NCBI GenBank assembly: GCA_963702475.1
Contig: CAVPCT010000003.1
Span: forward strand, 96,001 to 160,000
Direction of reading: 5' to 3'
DNA length: 64,000 nucleotides
Source of the DNA: an uncultured Thermoleophilia bacterium
Lineage (GTDB): Bacteria; Actinomycetota; Thermoleophilia; UBA2241
Shown: positions 18,934 through 28,647 of the stretch, piece by piece
How positions within the stretch are numbered: the stretch's first letter is position 1
Layout: the number at the start of each line of letters is the position of its first letter
The notes under the pieces: model-generated
What the model was told of the DNA's origin: nothing
The model's database searches: none
What the model saw: the letters and a program-made list of their open reading frames with translations, nothing else
Program-made: the position numbers and the translations under genes

Positions 18934-20291
18934 GCTCGCTCCTGCTTGTCTATCCCTACTTCCGGCCGCGCGTGGACCGCTCGCAGTTCCGCTTTCCGCC
19001 GCTCGGCGTGCTGTATGTGGCGGCTGCCGCGCGCGCCGCCGGTCATGAGGTGACGGTGCTCGACTGCACCTTTCTGACGCGCCGGGAGGCCGCGCGTCGC
19101 GCGCTCGCGGCCGGCGCCGAGGTGGTGGGTGTCTCCTGCCTCTCCACGCTGGAGGACGACTGCTTCGGCATGGCGAGGCTGCTGCGCGGGCGCTGCCGGC
19201 TTCTCGTCGCCGGCGGCCCGTCGCCGACGTGCGACCCGGAGGAGTTCCTCGGCGCATTCGACGTTGTGGTGCGTGGCGAGGGCGAGCGCACGATGGTCGA
19301 GCTCCTGGCGGCACTGGAGTCGCGCGGCGACCTCGCGGCGGTGCCCGGCGTGGTGACGCAGACTCGCGTCGACGCCGCGGGCGCCGCCGCGGTCCTCGCG
19401 CCGGCGCGGCCGTTCGCGGACGACGTGGACGCGCTGCCGTTCCCGGCCCGCGACCTGCTGCCCAACGAGGCGTACCTCGCCGACGGCCGCAGGCGGTTCG
19501 GCGCCTCGGTGACGACCGTCATGAGCACACGCGGGTGTCCGTTCGCGTGCGACTTCTGCAGCAACGTGGTCTTCGGCCGCTCGTACCGGGCGCGCGCGCC
19601 GCGCTCGGTGGTCGACGAAGCCGAGCAGGCGCTCGCCCTGGGGTACGAGCGCATCTCCTTCGCCGACGACGTCTTCACCCTGGAGCCGGGCCGTGTGGCC
19701 GCCGTGTGCGACGAGATCGAGCGCCGCGGCCTCCGCTTCGCCTGGGAGTGCCTCGGCCGCGTCGACGGCTTCGACGCCGAGACCGCCCATCACCTGCGCG
19801 CCGCCGGCTGCGACCGCGTGTTCTTCGGCATCGAGTCGGGGGTGGACGCGGTGCTGCGGCTCATGAACAAGCGGACCACGGTCGAGCAGGCGCGGAACGC
19901 TGTGCTCACGGCCCGCGCGGCGGGCCTGCGGGTCGGCGCCTTCTTCATCCTGTGCTACCCGGGCGAGACCGACGAGACGGTGCTCCGGACGCTGCGCTTT
20001 GCGGCGTCGCTGCCGTTGGACTACCTGGGTCTCACGGTGCCGTATCCGCTGCCCGGCACCGGGCTTGCCACGAGAGTGGGCGGCAGCACCCGCGCCCAAC
20101 GCCGGGGCCCCCGCCTCGTCACGCGCCACGCCGTGACCTATGAGGGCGACTTCTCGGCGGCCAAGATGCGTGTCGCCCTGCTCAGAGGCCGGCTGCAGTT
20201 CGAGATGGGCCGGCGGCTCGGGCGCTTCGGCCCCGCCGCCCTCTCGCTGCTCGAGCCGGCCGGCGACGCGCTCTTCCGCGCGCTGCCCTGA
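18930..20291 (+). CDS. B12-binding radical SAM protein
   Basis: PPLG, VAGGP, RGEGE, TRGCPFACDFC, FADD, FGIESG. Confidence 0.92.
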   Translation: MSSLLLVYPYFRPRVDRSQFRFPPLGVLYVAAAARAAGHEVTVLDCTFLTRREAARRALAAGAEVVGVSCLSTLEDDCFGMARLLRGRCRLLVAGGPSPTCDPEEFLGAFDVVVRGEGERTMVELLAALESRGDLAAVPGVVTQTRVDAAGAAAVLAPARPFADDVDALPFPARDLLPNEAYLADGRRRFGASVTTVMSTRGCPFACDFCSNVVFGRSYRARAPRSVVDEAEQALALGYERISFADDVFTLEPGRVAAVCDEIERRGLRFAWECLGRVDGFDAETAHHLRAAGCDRVFFGIESGVDAVLRLMNKRTTVEQARNAVLTARAAGLRVGAFFILCYPGETDETVLRTLRFAASLPLDYLGLTVPYPLPGTGLATRVGGSTRAQRRGPRLVTRHAVTYEGDFSAAKMRVALLRGRLQFEMGRRLGRFGPAALSLLEPAGDALFRALP

Positions 20292-20385
20292 GCGACGGCC
20301 TGTCTGCGCCGACCGTGGTCGGCCGCGGCGCGCTCCGCAGTCGGTCAGGGTGTCTGCGGCCGTGCCGGGTGCCGGCGCCCGGCCC

Positions 20386-21756
20386 TCAGCCCTGCGTCCG
20401 CCGCGCCTCCCGGCGTCGCGCGGACTCCGCCAGCGTCTCCGCCACGCGACGGCGCAGCCACGACTCGTCGATGTCCGAGGGGAACACGAACGTCAGCTCG
20501 TTCTCCCGGGTCCAATCGCGCCCGGGGTCCTGCCCGCCGAGGCGTTGGTACAGACGCGAGCCCGGAAGGGGCATCGGCACGTTGAAGGAGATGTCGTCAA
20601 GTGGCAGCGCGAGAGCCAGTGCCAGCGTCTGCTCGATCGCCTCGGGCGTTTCGCCGGGGTACCCGACGATGAAGAACGCGGCGGCCTCGATGCCGGCGTC
20701 ACGGTAGATCGACGTGGTCGCGACGCCGTCCTCCACCGTGGCCTGCTTGTGCATCAGGTCGAGCGTCGCCTGGCTTCCGGACTCGAGTCCGAGATGGACC
20801 CGACGGCAGCCGGCTGCGTACATCATGGCGGCCGTCTCCGGAGTGACCCGGTCGGCGCGCGAGAGACAGCTCCACGTGAGGCCCAGCGGCGTGATCCGGC
20901 GACAGAGCTCGGTGAGGTGGGCGGTGTCCAGCGTCAGGGTGTCGTCCGCGATCCACAGGCTGTCGTAGCCGAGAGCCTTGATCTGCCGGACCTCCTCGAC
21001 GACCGCGTCCAGGTCGCGGCGGCGGACCTCGTTCCCGAAGACGGGCTTGGAGCAGAAGTCGCAACCGAAGGGGCAGCCAAGCGTCGCGAGGAGCGAGGTG
21101 GGCCTTGCGCCCGTCTTGTGGAACCAGGCGGACTGGTAGGCGGCGTGGTCGAAGTCGCTGCGGTCGGGGAGGGGGAAGGTCCGCAGCTGCGCTTCGGTGT
21201 AGTGGACGGGCGGGACGTCGACGCGCAGGTCGTCGCGCGCGATGAGCAGGCCGTCGTAGCTCCCGAGCTCGAGCTCCTCCAGACGCCGGCGAGGCGAGGG
21301 CAGGCTGAGGTAGTCGCGGCAGAACGCCGGGAAGCCAAGGTCGGCCTCCCCGCGGAACACGGCGTCGAAGGGGCCGGTGAAGCGCTCGGGAAAGACGGTG
21401 GGCAGCGGTCCGCCGGCCACCAGCAGCGCCCCGGGCAGCTCGGCGCGCACGACCTCCGCCACCCGGAGCGCCGCGGCAGTGAGGCTCACCATCGCACCGA
21501 CGCCGACCACGTCGGGGCGCCACGCGGCCAATTCGGTCCGCAGGCTCTCCAGACTGGCGAAGGTGCAGTCGAACACGCGTGTCTCGACGCCGAGCCGCCG
21601 CAGCTGCGCCGCGAGGGCGGCCAGGCCGAGCGGCGGAAACAGCAACTCGGTCGCCGCTCTGGTGCGGACGTAGGGAAAGACGAGGGCTACGCGGCCTTCG
21701 GGAAGCGCGGGGACGGCGGGCGACGACGGCGAGCGCTTGTGCGCATCCTTCGTCAT
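20386..21756 (-). CDS. B12-binding radical SAM protein (paralogue)
   Basis: FPPLG, VAGGP, GCPFGCDFC, IADD, LGLESG, FIVGYPGET; start codon uncertain. Confidence 0.9.
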   Translation of the reverse strand: MTKDAHKRSPSSPAVPALPEGRVALVFPYVRTRAATELLFPPLGLAALAAQLRRLGVETRVFDCTFASLESLRTELAAWRPDVVGVGAMVSLTAAALRVAEVVRAELPGALLVAGGPLPTVFPERFTGPFDAVFRGEADLGFPAFCRDYLSLPSPRRRLEELELGSYDGLLIARDDLRVDVPPVHYTEAQLRTFPLPDRSDFDHAAYQSAWFHKTGARPTSLLATLGCPFGCDFCSKPVFGNEVRRRDLDAVVEEVRQIKALGYDSLWIADDTLTLDTAHLTELCRRITPLGLTWSCLSRADRVTPETAAMMYAAGCRRVHLGLESGSQATLDLMHKQATVEDGVATTSIYRDAGIEAAAFFIVGYPGETPEAIEQTLALALALPLDDISFNVPMPLPGSRLYQRLGGQDPGRDWTRENELTFVFPSDIDESWLRRRVAETLAESARRREARRTQG

Positions 21757-22036
21757 CTCGCCCTGAAGCCTGACCACGCCGAGCGTGCCGCCGTGTGCTG
21801 CGCCGTCGCCGTGAGCGCGGCAAGGACGAGTAGTGCCAGGCGGACGGCCGACGGCGGACGCGTCCGGGTCGACAACGGCCGGTGCACGGCTCTTCCTTCC
21901 CTCGGCGACACGGGCGTGTGCAGTGTGCCGAGCGCGGCGCGGCGGCGCAACCGTCGTGCCGCCGTAGTCACCGCGCTTGACCCGAGCGCGTTGCGGGCAT
22001 GGTCTCGTCGACGTGAGCGCGGGCGAGGAGGTCGCC

Positions 22037-22690
22037 GTGATCGAGGTGGTGATCTGGTCGGACATCGTCTGACCGTGGTGCTATGTCGGCGCGTCGCGCT
22101 GGCGAGCGGCACTGGGGCAACTGGGCGACGAGGTGGCGGAGGTCGTCTGGAGGTACGGGGCGTTCGAGCTCGATCCCACGGTCCCGGCCGGTGGTGTGGA
22201 TGCCGTGGACTACCTGCGGCGCAAGTACGATGCTGAGGTGGTGAAGTCGATCGGCGAGCGGCTTGCGGCGGTCGCGGCGGCCGAGGGATTGCCGATGGCG
22301 GAACCCCCGGTCGGTGGCGTGCGGCCGAACACGTTCAACGCGCACAGGCTGCTGACGGCTGCGCTGGACGAGGGCGGCGAGGCGGTGCAACAGACCCTCG
22401 CCGACGCTCTCTTCAGGGCCTGCTGGGCCGAGGCGCGGGACACCGGTGACGTCGGTGTGCTGGAGGAGATCGGCGTGGCGGCGGGCATGGACGCAGCTCT
22501 CGTGCGCGAGGTCCTCGCCGGGGACGCGTACGCGCAGGCCGTGCGGGCCGAGGAGCGAGAGGCGCGCGAGGCGGGCATCACGGCCGTCCCCACGTTCGTG
22601 CTGGACGGCCGCCTGGCGGTGAGCGGCGCGCAGACCGCGGACGTGCTGGCGCAGGCGGTGCGGCGCGCGGCGCAGCTCGAGCGCCGCTGA
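22037..22690 (+). CDS. DsbA/FrnE family oxidoreductase, selenoprotein (UPWC)
   Basis: GAGGAG RBS, GTG 22037, MIEVVIWSDIV-TGA(22070)-PWCYVG, in frame with the 22133 ORF (FELDP, PNTFNAHRL, GITAVPTF, SGAQ). Confidence 0.88.
22073..22113 (+). other. Putative bacterial SECIS element (dsbA-like gene)
   Basis: Stem GTCGGCG/CGCTGGC with loop CGTCG just downstream of UGA; outer GTGC/GCAC pairing. Confidence 0.6.
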
Positions 22691-22775
22691 GGACGGATCG
22701 GAGCTCGGCGGCTGCTCCGGGGCGAGCCGCGGCGAGCGGCCGCGACGGTGCGCTGCGCCCGCTCGCCGCGCCTGG

Positions 22776-24611
22776 TCAGAGTATCCGCTGCGGCAGTACC
22801 CGCTGTGCGTTGAGCACCACGCGGTAGGCCTCCTGCAGCTCGGCCTTCGTGAGGGGGCGAAGCTTGGCCGTGTCGATAGCGTCCTCCGGGCGCCGTCCGG
22901 CGCGGATGGCCTCGGCGTGGTGCTGGAACCGCAGGGTCGACATACTGACGAAGGCCTCGCGCAGACCCTGGGCCGAGGTGGTGCCTTCAGCCTTCGCCTC
23001 CTGCACGGCGGAGAGCCGCTCCAGCGTGGTCGGCGGCGTGAGGCCGGCGGCGAACGCGTAGTAGCGCGCCAGGTTCTGGATGGGCCGCAGGCCGCTCACC
23101 TTGAGGTCCACGGGGCCGGTGAGCCGCTGGCGGAAGCCGAGCGGGCTGCGGATCTCCGTGGCCAACTCCGAGACGCCGGCGAGGAAGCGCGCGTACTTCG
23201 GCGCCTGGCGGATGATGTCGTGCAGCCGCGGCGTGATCTCGAGGTCGCCGCCCACGTGCCGGAAGTCGAAGCTGATGGCTGCGTCCACGATGAGGCCCAC
23301 GTCGTCCCAGCCGCGCAGGTACGCCTGGAACAGCTGCCGCCACTGCGAGGCCGGCCTTCTCCAGTTGGGCCTCAGGGCGGCGACGCCGTGCGGATCGACG
23401 GGGATGCCGCAGGCGGCGACTCCGTTATTCACCTCTTCGGCCAGCCGGCCGAAGTAGTCGTCCGCATCCGGGTCGTCGGTATCGGCGTAGGCGAGCCCGT
23501 TGTCCTGGTCGGAGACCAGGGTCATCTCGTAGCGGGCGGCGCTGCCGAACGCCAGCCAGGCGTAGGGAACCGGCGGCGGCCCGAGCCGCCGTTCCGCCAA
23601 GTGCAGCAGGCGCACGGTCATGGCGTCGTGCAGCAGTGTGATGATGCGCATGAGGGCGGTCGCTGAGACGTTGGCGTCCACGAGGTCGAGGACGAGCTTG
23701 GGAAGGTCGGCCGCGGCCTCGGCCATCTCCTCCGGGCTCTCGGCCGCGAGGATGGCGTGGCGGAGCGCGAACGGGCTCAGTCTGTCGAGCGTCATGAGCC
23801 CGCTCGAGGAGAGCACGCCCAGCACCTGCCCCGAGCCGTCGACGACCGGCAGGTGGTTGACCCCGGCCTCCATCATCGCCAGGCTGGCCTCCTGGGCGAA
23901 GGCGTCGGCCCTGACGGTGACGACCGGGCAGGACATCACCTGGTCGACGGGCGTCTCCAGGGAGCCTCCGCTGGCGACGACCTTGTCGCGCAGGTCGACG
24001 TCCGTGACGATGCCCAGGCCTCTCGGGCCGAGCACCAGCAGGGCGGAGAGGTCCTTGGCTCTCATCGTGCGCGCCGCCTCGGCGACGGTGGTGTTGGGGC
24101 CCACGAACTCCGGCGCCCCGTGGAGGAGCGTGCGCACGGTACGCGTGCGGACGTCCGGCAGGCCCCGTGCGTGATCCACCGTCTGGGCGATGCGCATGCG
24201 CAGCGTCCTGGCGACGAAGACGACGCCGTCGGTGCGGCTGAGCACGTCCAGCGCCTGCTCGCCCGGGATGCAGTACAGCACGCTGTCCTCGCGCGCGCGG
24301 GCCGTGAAGGCGGGCGGCTCGCCGGTGAGCAGCGTGGGGTGGCCGAACACGTCGCCGCGGAAGAGCACGTCCACCACGACGCCGTCGGTGACGATCTCCA
24401 CGGCGCCCTCGCGGATCACGAAGAGCTCGGTGCCCGGGGCGCCGCCCTCGTGCAGCAGGACCTCGCCGGTGGCCGTGGGCCGTTTGACGAGCGCCGTCGC
24501 CACATCTTCCAGGCGTCGGTGGTCCAGCCCCTTGAAGGGGTCGATCCGCGAGAGGAAGCGGGCCTCCTCGCTGAGGATCACGCTGCCGGTGTGGTCGGTG
24601 ACGGCGGCCAT
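22776..24611 (-). CDS. cNMP-binding / CBS / DUF294 nucleotidyltransferase-like signalling protein
   Basis: N-terminal cNMP domain, CBS pair, FGSAARYE..SDQDNGL, FDFR, DLK..GL.PI. Confidence 0.9.
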   Translation of the reverse strand: MAAVTDHTGSVILSEEARFLSRIDPFKGLDHRRLEDVATALVKRPTATGEVLLHEGGAPGTELFVIREGAVEIVTDGVVVDVLFRGDVFGHPTLLTGEPPAFTARAREDSVLYCIPGEQALDVLSRTDGVVFVARTLRMRIAQTVDHARGLPDVRTRTVRTLLHGAPEFVGPNTTVAEAARTMRAKDLSALLVLGPRGLGIVTDVDLRDKVVASGGSLETPVDQVMSCPVVTVRADAFAQEASLAMMEAGVNHLPVVDGSGQVLGVLSSSGLMTLDRLSPFALRHAILAAESPEEMAEAAADLPKLVLDLVDANVSATALMRIITLLHDAMTVRLLHLAERRLGPPPVPYAWLAFGSAARYEMTLVSDQDNGLAYADTDDPDADDYFGRLAEEVNNGVAACGIPVDPHGVAALRPNWRRPASQWRQLFQAYLRGWDDVGLIVDAAISFDFRHVGGDLEITPRLHDIIRQAPKYARFLAGVSELATEIRSPLGFRQRLTGPVDLKVSGLRPIQNLARYYAFAAGLTPPTTLERLSAVQEAKAEGTTSAQGLREAFVSMSTLRFQHHAEAIRAGRRPEDAIDTAKLRPLTKAELQEAYRVVLNAQRVLPQRIL

Positions 24612-24678
24612 GGCACTAGTATGTCAGACGGCCGGCCGGTCGTTCGCTCCAGACGGGAACGCGGACCGGAGGACGAGA

Positions 24679-24716
24679 GGGCGGCGGGGCGGCCCTTCAG
24701 GGCCGCCCCGCCGCCC
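24679..24716. terminator. Terminator-like hairpin
   Basis: 17-bp stem gggcggcggggcggccc-ttca-gggccgccccgccgccc. Confidence 0.6.
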
Positions 24717-24762
24717 CGCCGCCTCACGCCGAGACCCGGCAGCAGTCGGCTCCGTCCGGACG

Positions 24763-25854
24763 TCAGAAGCCGGCCGGGGAGTAGTCGATGGGCGTCGTTC
24801 CCTCCCTCCAGCCGATCCACGGATCGTGTGCGTTCTGCTGTGGGACGCCTCCCGACGACATGAGTTGCCTCCACCCGCGGAAGCTGAGCCCGTCCGCCGA
24901 CATCGTGAGCTCGAAGTCGTAGACGCTCTCTGTGTCCCACGTGTAGACCGCCGTACCCTTGAGCACGTTCCCCTCGGCCGTCGCCGTGAAGCGGACGTTC
25001 CACTGCGTCGAGTCTCCCGTGACCGAGGTGCCCGTCTGAGTGAAGCGGATCTCGTTGAACGTGTAGCTCTGCCAGGTCCCGGTCCAGTCGGGGAGGCTCA
25101 GCGCCTCCCGCAGGTTCTCCCACTGGTCGCCGGCGAACGCCTTGTCGGTGAGGTACATCTTCTGGATGGCGTCGGCGTCCACCGAGAACCCGAACCACTT
25201 CTTCATCATGGCGAGGTCCGGCGGGTACTTCTTGGTCTCGTCCAGCTTCTTGGCGGCGTAGTCCATCTTCTCGAGGTACTTCTGCCAGATGGTGCGCAGT
25301 ACGGCGACGGAAGCGCCCGCCTTGGCCTTCTTCTCGAGCTGGTCGAGCCACGGCAGCGCCTCCTTGGCGACGCTCGTCATGTACTCGATGTTGCGCTCCT
25401 GGAAGAGCTTGTCGCTGTTCGTCTGGTCGTCACCGTTGCTCTCCTCCAGGGCGTGCGTGACCTCGTGCCACACAGTCTCGCCCCAGGCCGCCCTATCGCC
25501 GGCCTTCAGCTTGCGGGGGTCCTTGGAGAAGGTGATGACGTTGGGCTCGGGGCCGTACTGCGCGTTGGGGGTGTTGCCGTTGGCGTCGCGCAGCCGCGGG
25601 TTCACGACGATCTTGCACTGCGCGAGGCGCACCCGGTACTTCTGGGCGGCGCCCAGGTCGGTGACCTTGGCGAACCCGTCCTTGTCCCACGTGCCCATGA
25701 AGCTCTTCATGATCTCGTAGGCGCTGCCGTGGAGCGTCTTGGGCGCCGCGGGCGCCGCGGGCGCGGCGACGGCGGCGAGCAGCAGCACGGCCAGGCACAC
25801 AGGCAGCAGGAGCCGCAGGCTGCGCCCGGACCGGCGGGGACGACTCGGACTCAT
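24763..25854 (-). CDS. Secreted HExxH zincin-like protein
   Basis: GAGGAGG RBS, signal peptide, VWHEVTHALE..E motif, beta-rich C-terminal domain. Confidence 0.7.
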   Translation of the reverse strand: MSPSRPRRSGRSLRLLLPVCLAVLLLAAVAAPAAPAAPKTLHGSAYEIMKSFMGTWDKDGFAKVTDLGAAQKYRVRLAQCKIVVNPRLRDANGNTPNAQYGPEPNVITFSKDPRKLKAGDRAAWGETVWHEVTHALEESNGDDQTNSDKLFQERNIEYMTSVAKEALPWLDQLEKKAKAGASVAVLRTIWQKYLEKMDYAAKKLDETKKYPPDLAMMKKWFGFSVDADAIQKMYLTDKAFAGDQWENLREALSLPDWTGTWQSYTFNEIRFTQTGTSVTGDSTQWNVRFTATAEGNVLKGTAVYTWDTESVYDFELTMSADGLSFRGWRQLMSSGGVPQQNAHDPWIGWREGTTPIDYSPAGF

Positions 25855-25891
25855 GACGAACCTCCTCAGGGGCACGATGCGCCGCGTTTCA

Positions 25892-27568
25892 TCACTTCAC
25901 CGTCAGCGCCGCGAAGCCCTTGGCGCTGTTGCCGACCAGGTCGGTGCCGGTCACGATGATCGTGTACTTGCCTTTGGCCAGGGTCACCTTGTACTTGACC
26001 CACCACCAGCCGTCGTAGTTCTCGCCGTAGTCCCACGACCACGACTTCTTCACGTTGCCGTTCTTGGTCACGATCTGCACCTGCGAGGCGACCTCGGCGC
26101 TGATGTCGTCGTACACGCGGAAGTAGATCTTCACAGTCTGGTTCTTCTTCGCGGTCGCGTCCTTCGCGCCCACCTGCGGCGCGGTGGTGTCGAGCGGGTA
26201 GATCCACTTGATTCCGGCCACGTCGCCTGCGCTCAACGTCCGCGCGACCGACTCGTAGTCGCCGAAGCCGTACATGACCTTGGCCGTGTCCCCGGGACCG
26301 TAGAGGTCGTTGAGCACCAGCCAGTGGCCGACCTCGTGCATGGCGATGGACTGGACGTCCATGGTGCCGGAGCCCGGGGAGCCGTCGCCCCAGTCGTAGT
26401 CGTTGTTGTAGCGGATGTCGGCCTCCTGGACGATGCCGCCGCCGCTCCAGCTGCTGGACTGCGCGATGACGCCGCTGGGAAGGCCGTAGGCCCAGGAGAT
26501 CACACTCTTGCCGTCGCTCGCGATCGTGGCGGTGGTCCTGCCGCCGTCGACGAAGGTGAACCCGGAGCCGGCGGCGTTCCAGGTCGCGGTGCCCGCGTCC
26601 ACGAGGGACTCGCGCAAGGCGTCGTCGATGCCCGAAGTGTTCAGGAAGTACGTCACCTGTGGCTTCGCCCAGTGCTCGCCGCCGTAACTGAACGGCACGG
26701 AGAAGGTGAAGGGGGCCGACTCGCGGAGGTCGACGGTCGTGACCCACAGGGGACCGGAGCCGGCGGAGGCCGAGTAGTTCTTGATGATGGCGGTCGGGAC
26801 GGCGCACTCGATGCGCGTGTCGCTCCAGGAGCTGATCTCGGCTTCGATGCGTTCGACGTCGTCGTTGCCATAGGTGAACTCGACCCAGCCGCGGATGGCC
26901 CCGAACCCGCGGCCGGTGATGACGACGGGGGCGTCGATGCCGGCCGCCGCGGAGTTGGGGCTGACGGAGGTGATGACCGGCGCGGCCACGGTGCGGGCGC
27001 CGGATGCGGGGGCCGGCGCCTGCTCGCCCGCCGGCCCTGCCTCGCTCTGGTCCGCGGCCGCGCCCTGCTTCAGGGCCGCGCGGATGCGCTGGTCCATGGC
27101 GGAGCGCTTCGCGCCCTTGCCATAGACGTGCCCGTCGACGACCGGGATCTTGCCCTGGAAGCCGGCGATGACCCACCCACGCACGTCGACGAACACGTAG
27201 CACTCCTCGCCCGGCGAGAAGGACGGCATGGCGTCCACGCGTACTGTGGTGCCGTCCGGCAGCGTCCCTCCGGGGACGGCGAAGGCGACGACCTCGCCCG
27301 GGGCTCCCTTGAGGGCCGTGCCCACGCGCATCCGTACCACTGTGCGCACGTCGCCGGCGGACTGGTCGACCGACGTGTTCAGCACGGTGCCGTCGACCAC
27401 CAGCACCGCACGCTGGGTGAGCTCCTCGACGGTCATGCGCTCGAGTACGGTAGCGCCGGCGGCGGCGGGGAACAGCAGCAGGAGCAGGAGCGGTAGGATG
27501 AGGGGCACGCCTGGCGCCGCCCGGGGCCGTGTCGCTCTCCCGACAGCGCGCTCACGCCGTCCGTTCAT
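25892..27568 (-). CDS. Secreted matrixin-like metalloprotease with IPT/TIG domain and C-terminal Ig-like domain
   Basis: Signal peptide, prodomain, PVITSVSP (IPT), HEVGHWLVLND, Met-turn VMY, C-terminus TDLVGN..LTVK. Confidence 0.85.
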   Translation of the reverse strand: MNGRRERAVGRATRPRAAPGVPLILPLLLLLLFPAAAGATVLERMTVEELTQRAVLVVDGTVLNTSVDQSAGDVRTVVRMRVGTALKGAPGEVVAFAVPGGTLPDGTTVRVDAMPSFSPGEECYVFVDVRGWVIAGFQGKIPVVDGHVYGKGAKRSAMDQRIRAALKQGAAADQSEAGPAGEQAPAPASGARTVAAPVITSVSPNSAAAGIDAPVVITGRGFGAIRGWVEFTYGNDDVERIEAEISSWSDTRIECAVPTAIIKNYSASAGSGPLWVTTVDLRESAPFTFSVPFSYGGEHWAKPQVTYFLNTSGIDDALRESLVDAGTATWNAAGSGFTFVDGGRTTATIASDGKSVISWAYGLPSGVIAQSSSWSGGGIVQEADIRYNNDYDWGDGSPGSGTMDVQSIAMHEVGHWLVLNDLYGPGDTAKVMYGFGDYESVARTLSAGDVAGIKWIYPLDTTAPQVGAKDATAKKNQTVKIYFRVYDDISAEVASQVQIVTKNGNVKKSWSWDYGENYDGWWWVKYKVTLAKGKYTIIVTGTDLVGNSAKGFAALTVK

Positions 27569-27714
27569 CTTGCACCTCCCGTCTCGCGCCCGCCGGCCAC
27601 GTTGGGCGGATGCGTCGCTTGCGGTCGTCATACCTCATCTGATTGTGAGTGAATCGGCTCACGGAAGGAATGTCTTAACGCTGTGTTCTCCACGGCGCGC
27701 CGCGGCGAAGCTTG

Positions 27715-28380
27715 TCAGGCGCGCGCGTACCGCAGCCAGACGACCCCGTCGGCGAAGTGCTCGACGGCCTCGAGGCGGAGTGCGAGGACGTCGCCCGCCG
27801 ACTCAGGGTCGGACCCCCGCAGGAACGGCCGGGGAGCGTCCCCGCCGACCAAGAGCGGCTCGAGCAGCACGCTGACCTCGTCGATGAGTCCCTCGCGCGC
27901 CAAGGCGCCGCTGAGAGACCCGCCGCTGTCTACGCGGACGATGCGCACCCGGCAGCGCTCGGCGAGAAGCTCAAGGGCCGCGCGCAGGTCGATGCGTCGC
28001 CCGCCGCCGGCCTTCAGCGTCGTGATGCCGTCTCGCGCCAGCCGCGCGAGGCCCTCCGCGGGGCTGGCCTCGGCGACGAGCACGGCGACATCCCGCCAGT
28101 AGGGTTGGGCGCGCAGCCAGTTCCAGCGGTCGAAGCGACAGCGGCTGTCGGTCACCACCAGGAGGGGACCGGCGCCGCTGTCCGCTGGACCGGTGGGCGC
28201 CGGCGGGGCCTCGTCTTCGGCGGGCAGTCCCTCCGCCTGCAGCAGCGTGTCGGCGCCGGTGAGGACGGCGTCTTCGCCTATGTCTCCCGCCAGGCGGTAG
28301 TACCGCGCCACGTCGGGTCGCAGGAAGTCGATGCGGCCGTCGAGACTCGACTCGACGTGCAGGACGACCTTGGGGAGCAT
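27715..28380 (-). CDS. RibD C-terminal / dihydrofolate reductase-like protein
   Basis: SSLDGRI, DAVLTGADT, VDSGGSL, LIDEVSV. Confidence 0.85.
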   Translation of the reverse strand: MLPKVVLHVESSLDGRIDFLRPDVARYYRLAGDIGEDAVLTGADTLLQAEGLPAEDEAPPAPTGPADSGAGPLLVVTDSRCRFDRWNWLRAQPYWRDVAVLVAEASPAEGLARLARDGITTLKAGGGRRIDLRAALELLAERCRVRIVRVDSGGSLSGALAREGLIDEVSVLLEPLLVGGDAPRPFLRGSDPESAGDVLALRLEAVEHFADGVVWLRYARA

Positions 28381-28647
28381 GCGATCCTCCTTGGACGCAG
28401 TTGAAGGCGGTCGCTGGAGTGTAGCGGAGCGGCGGGACGGAGCCCGCGGGCGCGGGGGTCGCCGCCGCGGGCCCAAGCTGGCATACTCCCCCCAGACCGT
28501 CAGGCCCGTGGCTCCGGGAGGTCTCCCTTCAGCACCCCGGCCGTCTCCTTTGCCAGTCACTTCGTCCGCACCCTCGCCGTCGCGCGCGGCCTGCGCCGTT
28601 CGCCGGGCGCGGCGCTCGCCGCGGCGTTCGCTTGCGGGCTCGCCGCC

